From Fimicolochytrium jonesii (lineage: Eukaryota): a DNA stretch of 64,000 nt. The stretch spans positions 1,364,001 to 1,428,000 of the forward strand of contig NW_026515669.1 in the NCBI RefSeq assembly GCF_025526975.1, read 5' to 3'. How positions within the stretch are numbered: the first letter of the stretch is position 1; each line of letters begins with the position of its first letter. Positions 25,004-39,127 of this stretch are shown piece after piece. A model generated the notes under the pieces. The model did not search any database, had not been told where the DNA came from, and saw only the letters and a list, made by a program, of their open reading frames with translations. The position numbers and the translations under genes were made by a program.

Positions 25004-27736
25004 TCAAACAACCGTCCACGTCGTCCGCTGATGCCGCACGACCGGCACCGCAATCTTCAACCCTTCCATCTCAATCAACGCCGCCATCGTAAGCGGCGCC
25101 ACCGGCCGCTGGTTCGCATTCTTCTTCCTCGGCTTCTGCCCTGACCCGCTTGACCTGGGCCGCGCGGAGGACATCCGCGACCGTCTCGACGTGGCTGTGA
25201 TGTTGGATGATCTGTATGTCGATGCAGATGGGTGGCGGGAGGATATGGGGGTTATTGAGGGGTCGATGAGACCTGAGTGAGGGCGGGATGTGGTGTGTGA
25301 GGAGGGGCGGGTGGAAGACGCCGTTGAGTGGGATCTCGAGTGGATGCTGGTTGTGTTGGCGTCGGATTTGGTGCTTGTTCGTTTGGATTGGAAATGCTCG
25401 GGCTCTTCCGAGTCGGAGTCTGAAATGAGGGATTCTGGGTCGTCTTCCGCATCGGCCTCCATCTCCTGTTCGGCGGCCGCATGCTCCGCATCTTCCTCCT
25501 CCTCTTCCTCCTCCTCATCATCCTCTATTGCCGGCTGCATAAGCGCAGGAGCTGATCGCGACCTTGGCGTTGACGGGCGCACCGGCCCAATCGCACTCGA
25601 CGGCACTCCGGTCTGATCATCCAAAGCCGTGATGGGTCCCAGAGGTTGCCCAACACTCGGACGACCATAAGTTCCAGCGTTCTGACCCTGCGACATCTGG
25701 GCCATCCCCGCAGACTCATGCGGCTTCCCAGCAGACGCCATAATCGACATCCGTCGCTGGTCACGCATAAACACCGCAGACGCAGTCACAGCCCGTTGCC
25801 GAAAGTCGGCGGCTCCCGGTCCGGCACCTCCTCCACGCCGGCTGGCGCTTACGATGATTTCATTGATGCGGCGGACGTTCTCTGCTGCAAAACCGGGGAT
25901 GGGGAGGAGTTCGTCTTCGGCTGGAGGCATCTTTTCCGGAACTGTAGTTTGTCCAAACTCGGTAGCTTCATCTCCGGCGACGACAGGTGTTTCCTGGTTG
26001 GCTGGCCTCTGATCATCATCGACACCATCTTCATCGGCTGCTTTCCCACGAGCTGACGGGTCAAGCCCACTATCAGCTGCTTGCCCATTCCCAGCGACAT
26101 CAGCGAACAGCTGCATGTAGTTGTATTCCTCTCCACGTTTACCCGAGTCGACCCACACGCCCGTTGTCGGCAGTTGTCCGTCGTCGTCATATGATGGTGC
26201 GACGGTAGGCAACAGTCCTTTCAGCTGGAGCAGCTTCTGTGCCGTTTCTTTGTTGCGATGCACGTTTTCACTGGGTTCAGCAAGAGGGGTAAGCTTCCGT
26301 CCCGCCAATAGTCAGGCATAACACGCGGATCCAGGCACTTACAACATCCGGTTGAATCGGTAATGCGATCTGCGTGCAGCCGGCTATTTGACAAGAATAG
26401 TGCAATCAGAGCCCTGATCGAGTACAACCGACTCTGAAGTGCGAATCGTCACCGGAACCTACGTCCGACACTGCGTCACTGGTTGTATCCTCAAATATTG
26501 CCTTCGATTCCTGGGAGAGACTGATATCGCGAGATATGGAGGTCATCGTGGGAATGGGTATCGGCGGGAGTCCTTGGGCCGTCTTGGTCCTCGCGTGATG
26601 CTGATCAACCAAACCATAAAGGTTGGAAACCCAAATGCAGCATGTATTGACTTCAGTGGGAAAGAGTAGACCTACATGAATAAACTTCCTCGGTATTCTG
26701 CTCTTCCTCCTACTCTTCCTCCGACTTGCCAGTCCCGCAAAACCTTCTCTCGTCGGAGAGTTATTCCTCGCAAAGGTATTCTGCGATTCTGGTGTGGGGA
26801 CGTTGACCGGATCCCGGAAAGCCAGCACGCCGGGGGTCAACAAGCGTCCGAATGAGCCACAGCTGGAGTTTGCTCGTTTCAGTTTGAAGAGGGCTTGATT
26901 GTGGTCGTGGTGGTGTTTGACATCTGCAGCGTCTACGTTGTACTGTCCACCGTGTGCTCGCCGCTTCTGTTCTTGGGCAAGGATCTCCCGGTACCATGCC
27001 GTGTCCTTCCATGTGGCAGGAATGCCGTGGCTCTCTGCATCTGAACGGACGAGGAATTGTTGGTGGATCTGGTCAATGGGAGAGTCAAGCGTTAGTCGAG
27101 AGTACGCAATGCCAGCCCTTCACATGGACCTATGAAGAATCCCCCTCTGAGGATATTCCAGCACATACCAATGCATCAGCCTCCTTCTTCTTCGCCACAG
27201 CTTTCTCATGAGCCTCTTGAAGCAGCGCACATTTGGACCTTGATTTCTCCAATCTCTGAGTAATCCAATGGTCAGCCCAACTCCGCGTCCTTCGATTAGG
27301 GCCCTCAATGATCCATCCTCCGCGAGCCCCACTCAAAGACATCTGACGCCGCCCTGCCAAAGACCACATCCGCACAACACACCTCCTCAAGCTCGATCCG
27401 CTTCTGTTCTCTAAACTCCCATCGTTTCCGCTCCAACAGCTGAATGATTGCGTCAGTCCGCCGATGTTCGTCCGGCTTCGATGGCGCCCTCGGCTTCTTC
27501 GCGTGCTTTCGATGGGGTGGCAAAGGCGCTATTGGTGCCGTTGGCGCTGCTAAGTTCGTTGTAGTTTCCTCTGGAATTTTTGCTCCGCGTGCTGTTTTTC
27601 GAGCTTTTACGTCGGATAAGGGGACTATCACAAACCTGCAATGCAAAATACGATTTAGAAAGCTCTGTGCGAGGTCGCCTATTCCATGGAGGACTTACTG
27701 CCTATATGCAATTTCGTGGTGAATAGGTCTTGTCAT
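25004..27736 (-). CDS. Hypothetical multi-exon protein: N-terminal coiled coil, acidic and Ser-rich low-complexity C-terminal half
   Basis: ATG 27736 (MTRPIHHEIAYRQ) with GT-AG splicing through ORFs 27305..27646, 26406..26843 and 25004..26308. No family recognised. Confidence 0.65.
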
Positions 27737-28175
27737 CGTGAGGATGTTAATCTTCGTCGCGTGGACAAGAGACGTCTTCTGAATTTGGGTCGTGTGGCTG
27801 CTCAGCTCTTTGAAGGTGTTTAGCAACAGTAAAGACCATCGTCTCCATGCATACCCCGAGCGGGGGTTTTCCTGGCGTGAACACGACAAAATGACAGGAT
27901 GGGACTTCTCAAGAGCCCATCTGACAACTTCGTTCACGAGAAAACGACACCCAGCTTTGAGACAGGGGAGGCTCTATTAGGAAGCAAGTTTACGTGGGAA
28001 CGTGGATATATACATATGGATGGAAGGTCCCGGAAGAAAAGATTACTATTGTAGCTCAATATCCCAAAAAAGCGATGTTTCGATTATACAAAGCAAAATC
28101 CATGTCTGTGGTTAGAAGAACCGTCGGATGCGATTTCTGCCGTCATCCGATGACTAGAATATCAGGAGACCAAGC

Positions 28176-31100
28176 TCATTGGCCCACCTGCCAATTCGTG
28201 TCTAGGGCATAGTTCTGCTGATTATACTCCCGCCGTTTCCGGGGGGTGGAACCAGAATCACAGCTTTTCTCGACCGTTTTTTGGTTCCATGAACGGGGGC
28301 TTTGCGTGTCATTGAGGTTGGTAGACGCCAGCCGTTGTCGTCGCCCCATCTCTCGCCGGCAGGCGACGGTAACGAGTTTCTTTTGCGGACCGGAGAGGGC
28401 TCCTACATGTTGCCACATCTTCTCGCCAGCAACCAAGTAGAGCTCGACCATGCAATATGTGGCCGCTCGTCGTAGACAAGAGCTGGACGAGTTAACGTAC
28501 TATGCAAAGGAATGATGGTGAGCAACCGCCATGCGTACAAGACACGCGAAATTCTCCGATGACAAACCTCAAAGGCTATCGACCCGACGCGTGAGTAGAG
28601 TTCGTGTTGTGGGATGAGCCCATCAAGGCCGGGCAGCAATCTAGTAATGATGTCCAAAGCTAATTTCGAAAGTCCAGGCTCACTACCTCCAGTTCCGGAG
28701 CGTTGCGCGTCGAGTAATGCTAGGAGCACGCGGTAGACATCCTCCGGCTTCATCTGGCTGAGCAGCATTTCAAGAGCAGAATTGGCGCTCGCACAAATCT
28801 GATACATAGATGAGAGCACGTCAGTGATGCGGCCATTGACGCCGAAGGGCGTCAGCAGGTCTTCGTTTAGGCGCTGGTACCTCTTTCGATTCGCTGCACA
28901 TGCTTCTTAGTAGCGCGTTCAGAATTCGGGATTGTGTGTCTGCCCCCAAGTTATCGTGCTTCTGTATAAGTCTTCCGAGCACAAGGAGACAGGTCTCCAT
29001 CGCGAAATCATCCTAGGGAAGGAAACCAGTTGCAGCCGGAGAGCCCACATCTCTGCGAAAGGGTCGAAATACATACGCAGTCACGCCTCTGCAAGGCACC
29101 TAGCAGAGCTCCTAGCGTTTTGTCGAACGAATCATTCCAGAATGTTGATTCATCGAAGGTCGGCCCTTGCCTGCCCGACTCCGGCACATCCGAGTTGTCC
29201 ACAATGCGGTATAGACGCCTCCAGTCGCTGATAGTCGCGCGGCCCTCTTGAATGCTATGCAAGATGTTGGGCATTTCCAATACGCGTGCCGATTTAGTCT
29301 TCTGCTCCGATAGCGGAGTCCCCCCTGTTGTGAGCACTTCGATAACGACAATATCGAGTCAATTCCGTGCCTGGGACTCCGAGTCCGACGTTCAATCACT
29401 CACAATTCTGGTTCGCTGCAAAACGATCGCCGGGAGTACCCATGCTATTGCCTGGCTTATTCGGGGATGGGGATACTGGCGGGCTCTTGCGTTTCCCTAA
29501 GGCGTCCGTCGCTGGAGATTGAAGCAATTCGGAAGTTGGCCCAGATTAGTTTCATCATTAAGAGTCTGATTGGAGCAATGGACATATATCTGTACACTTA
29601 CAGACATGCAACTCCTTCTGTCCCTTCTCGGATAATGGTTGACGCGCCTGTGGGGGATACGTAGGAGAGGGCGCGGCTGCTTTGTATTCCGGACCTTTCG
29701 CTCTCGGCGTCGATTGATTTGCGGGCTGCTCGACATCTCGAGATCGCTCTTGGGATTGGCTGCTGTTGGACTCCTTCCCGTTGACAGATCCGCTCGCCTT
29801 ATCCGATGAAATGACGCTGAAGCTGGAGTGACCATCATTGTCGACGAAGCCCGAGGGCATAGTTTCCTGCGCAGACAAAATCAGCAAGCTTCCTTTGAAT
29901 ATCCGTGAGGAAACCGACGAGTAACCTACATCCATGATGTCAGGCTCGTCACGGATATCAAGCAGCGACCCTTCAAAAGTCATATTCGTCATGTCCAAAA
30001 GAGTCTTATGCTCCACCATATCAATTCTACTCAGGTCCGCCACGTGAATGTCCGAGTCGCCTCCTTCAGGAACGGAGTTCACATCTTGCTGTTCCCTGTC
30101 TTCCGTTTCCGCAACATTCATCATATCGTTCCATTTTCGCACATTGCTCGCTGAGGTGATTTCCATGGCATCCACGATTTCTCGTGGTGTTTTGGATTTG
30201 CGAGTCGGTACGACAATCTCCACGGGAATATCTGTAACGGAGATTACGCTGGACCGTTGTTTGACAAGTCCCGACCGAGCTGTCACGACGCGTTTGATAG
30301 ATGGCCTCGCCGACGATGGTGCGCTCGCTGTTTGAGCCCTGTCAATTGCCTTTCGGGTTGCTGCATCGAGAGTTTGATAGAGTCTATGGGGAGGAACAGT
30401 CAATCATTGTCACCGCGCAGTGTAACCGCGCAAGTTCTCTTCGATGTATGGATGGTACAGCTTACACTTCTGATCTGTTCAGCCAAGCTCCGCGATACAC
30501 TGCGAAAGCTTCCCGACAAGTCTGTCGCACAGGCCCAGTCGCGTCTTGCAGGCCCTTCTTCAGTGCTTTCTCCAGATTTTCCAGACCTCCTGTGCGTTCC
30601 AATGTACTCTTGTTTTCAGGAGTAGACGACATCACTTCTAGCGTTGTCTTGACAAATGTCGCCCCAGCTGCCCTCACGGCACCATTTTTGTCCCCAAGAG
30701 CCGTCAAAAAGTATTGTGTAAACTTCGGCTGGTACGAAGCCGATGCGAGTACCACTTGGATAGCGTTGATGGCTGCGGTCGCCACGACTTTCTTTGCTTG
30801 ATTGGTGATTTTGAGTAGATTGGACAGCAGCAGGTCGGCCAAAGGGTCCACATCCCGCCCCAGCTCCGAACACAAATCCTGGATGCCCGTGCAGGTGGTC
30901 AAAACGAGAGCAGTGCGTAAACTATGCACTGTTCGAGCGAGCGCCTCGGCGGCAGGGCGGAAGCACTGCACAAAGCCTGGGAACCCCTTCGCGTTCCCGC
31001 GGCACACAGAGCGCAGCTTTTGAATGGCAGCATCCCGTGCCTGCCAGTTCTCCTCAGTCTCCTTCCCTTCGAATATCGCAACGCAGGAGTTGATCTCGGC

Positions 31101-31193
31101 TTCAGCCTCTTTCAGCGAGTTCACGTTGGTGGGAGTTGGTGTCGGCGCTGTAGAGCCACCAGATGGTAACGCCGGGGGCGAAGATGCATGCAT
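28176..31193 (-). CDS. STU1: CLASP/Stu1 microtubule-associated TOG/HEAT protein, multi-exon
   Basis: CLASP N-terminal motifs KETEENWQARDAAIQKLR, SLRTALVLTTC, KITNQAKKVVA; C-terminal HEAT segment CMVELYLVAGEKMWQHVGALSGPQKKLV. Confidence 0.88.
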
Positions 31194-32008
31194 GTCTGTG
31201 TTCAGTACTTGCTGTCAACTAGAGTTTTCTCGGTTGACTTGATAGATTGCTGCAGTCGAACGGATGTAAGTAAGGTGGGAGGGAGGAATGAAAGCCTTCG
31301 TTGCCGCCCAAATGTTCTGTTGGAGAGGAAAGAAGCGAGCGCAGAAGGGTTTGAGCTTTCCGGACATGACATGAGCTGACTCAGCACCACAGAAGAAAGT
31401 CCGACCCTACGTGTGCGGCCAGGACTGTCGACCTTGCCCGTGAACGGCAACCCTACTAACCGTATCAACGCAAGATCACAAGGAGCTGTTCATCGCAGCT
31501 GGGACTTCATGCAGTAGAGGGAAACAGCCAAGTCTGATCCAACATATCAAGAGAAAGCCATCCATAATTCAATGGAAATCTATTCTAGCACTTAATGTTT
31601 CGACATTTACAGTTTCTCGAGTACGACTACCTTCAACCACCCTTATTCCTCAACAGATCATAACGATTACCCAGCCGACTATTAATCCACCCCGACTCCT
31701 GCTCTTCGTATCCTTTCTATAGCAGGGTCCCAAAAATGGAGGAATACACATAGCATAGAGTCCGGGGATGGGGAAATTTGGTACAGGAATTAAAAACGGA
31801 AGATATACCAGGAGTGTGCTGACAGATAAAGCACATAGGCTGAGGGAGGGTAGCTGAGGGCCTTCTTCCTATGTACCGTAGCATAATATCTCAGCTCCTT
31901 TTCTGCCCAAAAATATCAAAAATTCTAAAAAGAAACGAATCACAAGGGATCTCAGATCAAGACCTCAAAACCGCGGGTCGTGGTGTCCACGGGTCGAAAT
32001 CATTGTGG

Positions 32009-34609
32009 TTATGGCGATGGCGAGTCTGCGCGAGGAGACGAGATGCTAGCGACCATGCCACCAAATCTTCGTGGGCTTCTTGTTTGTGAGCTGTAGTCGG
32101 TATCACCGTTTCTCATCGATAGGTCGTGTTCTTCGTCGCCTGGGCTATTGCTGCTGCTGCCCGTTTGTTGATTGGCCGCCTCTGCGGCATCGGCGAAGAT
32201 CCGCTGAATGAGTGCAGCGCGCTCCTCTGGAGACATTCGCGAAATGTCGTCGTGCGCAGAGTCGTGCGCAGAGTCGGTTTGGCAGTGATAACCTTCGGCA
32301 GCCGAAGCAATGTCGCCGGGAGATTGATTATTCTCGCCGCAACGATCCAACCAAATCATGGAATGTTGCGATGCTTCCAGAGGAACATGCAATGGGATCT
32401 GCTCTTGGTCAACCTTTGCGGGCTCAGCGTACTTCAGCAATGGTTGCGAAACATTTTCGATGACCATTCCGGGCGATGGGCTGTTCGGTCGGGGAGTTGG
32501 CGGCTGGCACACCACCGTAGGCTGAGTCGATTGAGTGCTCTCTTCTCCATCGTCGCAAAGATCTACAACTTCAATATCCGGCTGGGGACTGCTCTTCGAC
32601 CCAACCTTTGTCTTCTTTCGCATCTGGCTCATAGTTTCCGTGTACGGACCATGGGATCCATTGGATCGAATGATGCAACGTTCAGCTCCGGGATATGCCG
32701 CCAGATAATGCAGGAATGGCTCCGACACAATCAAGTCCTGATGTCCGCACGGAACAAATGTCGTCAGTGTGAGGCCAGTATATCAGAATCTCCAAGCTCA
32801 AGGATCGACGTCTTACAGATTTTTCTATGATGTCGCCGCACACTGAACATTTCCACTTCGGACTGAGTCGAGACATATTGGTGAAGGTCTGGCGGCATCA
32901 AGTTGAGTACACGAGCGGATCCGAGTCAACCAAGAACTCCATTACCTCCAAGTCAAAGCACTGCACGTGACGGCATTGTCGACCTTTCCCAGGAACAACG
33001 ATTCTCCTCAAAGCAACTGGGCAGATGAGGTTCACTATTTCGTCCCCAATTTCAATGCAGTCATCGTTTTCAGGGTCAGAGGTGCCGCTTCGTTTTAGGC
33101 TTCCATCCTTTTCAGCGGATTGATCCCGGGCTAGCATGGGGTCGCATGCGACAGTTGGGGATGCAGAAATCGTTGACGCAGACCGTTTCGATACACCCAC
33201 CGCTGGCGCTATCAGAGGGTACGGGGGTCGTACCGGAGCAGAATGTCGGCGCAGGAGGGATGGTACGGCTAACATATCAAAAGGGATTAGCCCTCTGCAC
33301 CGGCATGAAAAGCGTCGGAGAGTGACCTACCGGAAGCACGCCCATTGGGATGCAGCTGCATTGTTCATTGCCAAACCAAGCAATGCGGTCAGAAAAACAA
33401 CATTAAGCAGTATTGTTATAGGCAGGTCGTAGTACCTGAGGATCTAATCTTCGAAGGCAAATCATCGCAAAGCCGTTGGCAAAGTCCTCAGCATGCGACT
33501 CGATCGTGATCGTAATGTGTTTGTGGTCAAATTTCTCTTGATTCAAGGCCGGAAGAAGGTTTATTTGAACCCCGTTCGACATCCCATGCGCGGGCTGAAT
33601 GTTGAGGAGAGATGGTTGAGCAAGATGGCTTCCATCATCAAAGCAGCTTAACAATTTGTCTTACCAATAATCGGGTACCATTCACGCATATCCTCATTTT
33701 GCATAGCATCACGTCCGTCGGAACGACTTCTCCGCCGGTGGCACGCCCGGGCTGAAACAGATATAACGCTACTGTCATGCCCTCATTGCTACGACTGCTT
33801 AGTACCCCTCGCCTGATGATCGTCGAGTCGACTGTAATTGTGAATTTGCGCTTGTCCCCATCCACTTGCATGCACCGCTTGTTGAGCATCTGAGAAGCGA
33901 GCTCAACAACGGGAGCCACCACCCCGACTTCGCCCTGTGATCTGACACGAGTGGCTTCGAACATTCGCTTCCATGCTGGAAGCACTATCAAAGACGGCCC
34001 AACATTGTTCTTTCCGTTTGGCGATGAGGAAAGATTCTTCGCAAAGGTCGGTCGGTCGATCGGGGAGACTGGTGGCTTGTTCGATGTGGAGACTTTGGTG
34101 ACCTCTCCTTTCACAGTCGCGGATTTGCAGTCTGTCGACTTTGGGACAGAAAGACGTTTTGCGGAGGCTGGTGCGACGGTTGTAGCTCCGACGGTGTGAG
34201 CGGTACTCTTCAGGCACTGAGCGCGATTTCTATTATTGATCACAGCTGAATCGTTTGCGGTTATGACCCTATGCATAGCGTTGCGCGAGCCTTTTGGAAC
34301 GGCGAAGCTGTTGCCGAGGTTGCTACCAGGCAGCGGTCGGTCCGCTACCCCTCTGTCGATAATCATTGGGAGTGCAGGCTCGAACCCAGGTCCATCGAAC
34401 GGGGCATACGGTGGGTTCGGTGCAGCGTGATGGTGAGACGGGTATATTGGTGGAGGGTGACCTCCAGGACCATACATCCAAGGCTCTTCGCCAGGTAACA
34501 GGTCATGCGATGGTATGTCGTGAGGATCGTGAGGGAAAGGGTCGGCGTGGGTTGAGAAACGAGGGTGAACTGGTGGGAAGAATTCGTACGGCCCTCCGTA
34601 GAAGCTCAT
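32009..34609 (-). CDS. SP-RING (zf-MIZ) protein, Siz/PIAS-like SUMO E3 ligase candidate, multi-exon
   Basis: VNLICPVALRRIVVPGKGRQCRHVQCFDLE...WKCSVC SP-RING signature; SIM-like IEVVDLCDD downstream. Confidence 0.85.
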
Positions 34610-36027
34610 CTTGGACACAAGATCTTGCGTGTTGACGCGCTCTACAATCCAAAAAGCAGTTGCCGTTGGAGGATATTGGTAAGCTCTGCAACTCGGACGC
34701 TCTCGCCACCGAAGTCAGCACGTAAGTTTGTACGGGGCGAGGATCTCCGCAACGGTGACAGTAGTGGAGGTTTCACGCGTCGGTTATGAAAAGAAGGGAC
34801 CAGACGGACGAAAGTTGCGAGTGGACAGGTGACACCTGCGCTACGTTTTTGAACAGTGCTTTTGTTGGCGAAAGCGTAGGAGACCGTACGGGGTCGCTTA
34901 TCGTCGGGGAGCAACTTCTCTGGTGTTGCAAGTTCTGCAAGCAGTCCCGTCTGCTGGAGGACCTGAGAGACGAAGAAAGCAGAAGGTCGGGGTGAGCCTG
35001 ACGGGAACGGGGGCAGTGACAAATTAGGCGCGACCGACGCGTTCTGGCCTCCTTTTCGCCCTCTTGTGAGTCGAAGCTGGGTCTGAGAATGAACAGACAC
35101 TCATGGCGAATACCGCCAACACTGAAGATCAAGAGCTCGTGGATATCTCCGGAGTCGGCTCAACGACGTTCGCTGAACGGGTGGTCGGATCGCTATATCT
35201 ATTTACCATATGCATGTACGGGATGGAAGCCTACCTTAAGTCGGTGTCCAATTCGAACGAGTGTTGTAATGTCGATCCCCTAAGGACGGCGATCACCGTA
35301 GATCCAAGTTGGCAGATCTGGCTGATGGATTCGGCTGTTCGCAAAGGCCTTCAAATCGCAAATGCTGGGGCAAAAAGCAGGGAAGCATGCAATGGTCTTT
35401 ATATCTGGATCTGGATGTCCGGATATCTGGGGCGAGGAGGGGCCGCGACACGAAGGTTTGGCCCAGCCGGGCGAAAACATACCTGGAGTCGTGAGCCGTC
35501 CGACAGACATCAAGAACATTGGAACTGTCGGCGTGACCCACCGGGAAAGCCCGCGCAGCCTCAGAACCCTGAGATAATGAGAGTACGTATATGGGACATC
35601 CCCGGTAAGAACGTGTGATTTCCCCCTTCCATCTCACAATTCCCAGGGCACGCGTTCTTATATCGGAAAAGGGGTATCTCTCTCGGACGTCACGATGTGC
35701 AGACAAGCTGCATCGCAGGGGGCTCCACTATACTTACGTACTGGCCAGAAGAGTCTGGACCGATATTCAGCATATGCCATACATAAAGCGTAAACTCACT
35801 GCGTAACCCGCGACCGGCGACGACACCCCATAGCGAGCCGTTCACCGTACATGTACGGCCAACGGCGGTTCGGCAGAACGACCCTACAGTGTCGTCAATG
35901 ACTTTCGGGAAAGCACTTGCTGTGATGGTTGCCTAACGAGACGAGCAATATTTACATTCTCCTAATGCTGGATATAGAGCAGTAGGGCAGGGTAAAAGCT
36001 TTGGATCTAACCGGCCTTGCTACAGAT

Positions 36028-36600
36028 CTAGACGCCGTAGTAACCCTCGTAAACGAGCTTTCCGTAGTATGCGCTGCCCAATGTTCCCAGGAAAGCAAGC
36101 ATAATGGGAACTGGCTTGCGTGTCCTTAACGCTCTAGGTCCCATAGAGCCCAACAAGAGCGCAGAGGTCACGGCAGCAAGCGGAGCGCCATACTCTGCGT
36201 TTTGTTGCAGAAGGTACCTGCCATTGATCAAATATTAGCAAGGCCGGTTGTAGCGTAACAAAGACCAGGCAGGACTGAAGGCATCGGTGTGTCGCATTTG
36301 ACGTGGAACTCACCCAGATACAGAGTACAGAGCACCGAAGGCCAAACCAGCGATCAGAGAGGGGCGCGACCTAGTACGCGAGTAGCTGTTGGAGTTGAAG
36401 GTGAGCGGCTGTTGCTCTGTAAACTGCTTTTTCGGGTACCTTACCCGATGGCTCCGCCGATGGCACCTAGCGGAAAAGAGACGACTGGTTTAGCGCATGA
36501 GCTCGGACTCTCACGATGGGCGCGGGAGTGACTCTCCAAGTCCCTCAAGGACAAAGTACTTACAAAGGCCTCCCAGGGTGAATGCAGGGTGGTGGGACAT
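36028..36600 (-). CDS. TMEM14-family small membrane protein (4 exons, one of 22 nt at 36445-36466)
   Basis: Spliced MSHHPAFTLGGLCAIGGAIGYSRTRSRPSLIAGLAFGALYSVSGYLLQQNAEYG...YYGV matches the TMEM14 pattern GG..GY....S..SL.AG. Confidence 0.9.
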
Positions 36601-38086
36601 GTTTCGTTATTTCTGTCTGGGAAATTGAATCTTCGTCGCAATTTGTCGAAATGCCTGGCGGAAGTTGGTTCTAGTTCGGAGCTGCCACGCGTTCGTTCGG
36701 GACTGGCCAGGTCCTGGGCCAGGTCGGGGCTTCGGAAGTCTCAACGCGATGCCCGCATCGGCCAAGTAGAAACCACCGAACGGCAGGTCAACCGAAGGGT
36801 CGCAATTCGCTGGCGGATCGGATCGAGTTGCACGCAGTTGAGACCCGCTGGTAGCTTCTTGAATAACATGGAATATAGTCCGCAAGTTTCTGGGTTCTCC
36901 GGGACGTCGGAAAACGCCTGTACGCAACCAACCCACACGCACACCAGTAGCCCGAATACAACAACGGAGAGGGCAGGAGGGGAGCGAGGCTGTCCAGTTT
37001 CCGTCGAATCGTCGAATCTTTTCGGCTCCTATAGCATACTGTTTTGAGCTCGAAGTGTGTCGTCTCCACGTTTTGTCGAGGAGTCTGGAAAGCTGCCATC
37101 ACATTCATCCGCTTTCAAACGATATGAGGACCTTCCTCGAGGAGGGCTCGATAAGGTGCTTCGACAAGTCATCTAAACAATCTTGAAGTCGTCTTGAAAC
37201 AGCATGTTACGGGTAGCATTGCGAGCGAAGACTAGCCAAAAAGCCATATCTGCGTCGGAAAGCCTTTTAGTGAAGGATCACAGCGAATCACCTCAGCACT
37301 CGGCTGTCATCTCTCTCACTTTGAAGCATACTGCCAACCAATGCTTTTGACGAATCATTCGCTCATGATGGAGCAACCAGATGTGCGGGTGAGGAGAGTA
37401 CTTCGCAAATGCAAGCGTAGCGTTCTATGTAGGGCCGTCCGGAAATCAGGGCGACTGTGAAATGGGGCATGACATGACTGCACGTTTGCAGTCACCCTTG
37501 TTGACAATCCAAAAGCCGGGAGGAAGCCGGACTGTGCCAAGATCTGCGATGGGATCTATGCTGCGTTGTGAAGTTGTAAACTGGTGACAATGCATCGAAT
37601 GAAACCACAGAGATGTGACATAGCTATCCACGCAGCAGGGTTATCCATGCACGTATTCAACGCTCAGCGTACTTTGACCTGAATTGTTGAGACGTGTACT
37701 ACTTGCGTTGGTTACGGTAGTCCCCAGGAGCCCCGAAGGGGGTCGCGGATAATCGACCTTCGAACGCAGCATGACATCTCGCAATCCGTAAATTGACAGC
37801 GCGAAGGTGTGCATTTGGCGCTGGCGGAAAAAGAGCCCACGCGTTCTGAGTGACGCACGTTGACGCAAGAAACGGGGCTTTCCCTTCGCACCCTGAGGTT
37901 TTTCCAATGTCCCATGTTTTTTGCCACTCATAACCGTCCGGCGACCGATATTAAAAGCAGATGCCTCTCGTCCTTTCCTTTTCTCAGACACAGAAAATCG
38001 TCTATACCACTCCGTTGGATACTTCTTCAGACACATTAAACACACCCTCCACTTTCATCACCGCATAGTCAATCCCCTTATTCATT

Positions 38087-38626
38087 ATGGCAACCCCAGC
38101 AGCAACTAGCGCAACCGCCGCATCCACCAAGTACGCCCCCCTCATCAGCAAAGTGCTTCGTCTCTACACCTCCCGCGACCCCAAAGAGCAGCAACAAATC
38201 ATCGAAACCCACTATGCGCCGAACGCAACATTCGAAGACCCTCTGATGATTGTCCACGGCCCCACCAACATCATCTCCCAATTCCACGCCCTGCTTTCCT
38301 TCTTCTCCTCCATCGATGCCAACGAGACGCCCCTGAACTCCATCGGATCGTTGAAAGACACGCAGCCGCCGCAAGGCGAGAGTCTCGCGAACGGAGAATT
38401 GATCTCGGTGCCGAATACGCAGATCTACCGACGAGGGGAGCCGAGCAAGCCGAAGGAGATCCCGATTGAGGCTGTTACGCACATCACGGTGGATAAGACC
38501 TCGGGCAAGGTGCTTTACCACAAGGATGTGTGGTTAAACCACAAGTTTGAGAACCCGTCGTTGGTCAAAAAGGTTTCCGGTGCGAGTAGTTCGGCGATCT
38601 TCAAGCTTTTCAATGTTGGCGGATGA
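38087..38626 (+). CDS. SnoaL/NTF2-like domain protein (intronless, 179 aa)
   Basis: HYAPNATFEDPLMIVHGPTNIISQF and GKVLYHKDVW are typical NTF2-like motifs. Confidence 0.8.
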   Translation: MATPAATSATAASTKYAPLISKVLRLYTSRDPKEQQQIIETHYAPNATFEDPLMIVHGPTNIISQFHALLSFFSSIDANETPLNSIGSLKDTQPPQGESLANGELISVPNTQIYRRGEPSKPKEIPIEAVTHITVDKTSGKVLYHKDVWLNHKFENPSLVKKVSGASSSAIFKLFNVGG

Positions 38627-39127
38627 GAGCAATGATGCGGTGGGTTGGAACCCTTGGCCGGCGGATCTCTGCCATGCGTTGGATCTACTGTAGATCTAGA
38701 GGATTGCAGGTCGTGAGGGAGTGCCACTGATTGTGTCACAAAGCATGTAAATAGATACCGTTTGATTGAATACACATTTTCGACCTTAACACATTCATGT
38801 AACCATTCCGAAGTTTAACAAACCGCTGCAGCACATTCACTTCCTTGCAACACAGTGAGAAGTAGTATACAATCGAGTATCATTCTATGATGTACAACAA
38901 GGGGTAAATCTGAACGTGTCCAGCAGGGGACTAAGCGCAAAAAATCAAATCTAAGTACAGGTGTAAATGTAAGAGAACGGATGAGGAAGGGAGAAACAAA
39001 GAAAGGTGAACAGCTCCGTACATCAAAAGGGAGGAAAGCTTAATATGAACAAAAAGAGGTCGAAAGGACATGTGCGACGAGTGTATATGTACATATGCTA
39101 CTGTGAAGTCAAATATCCGTATCCTGA

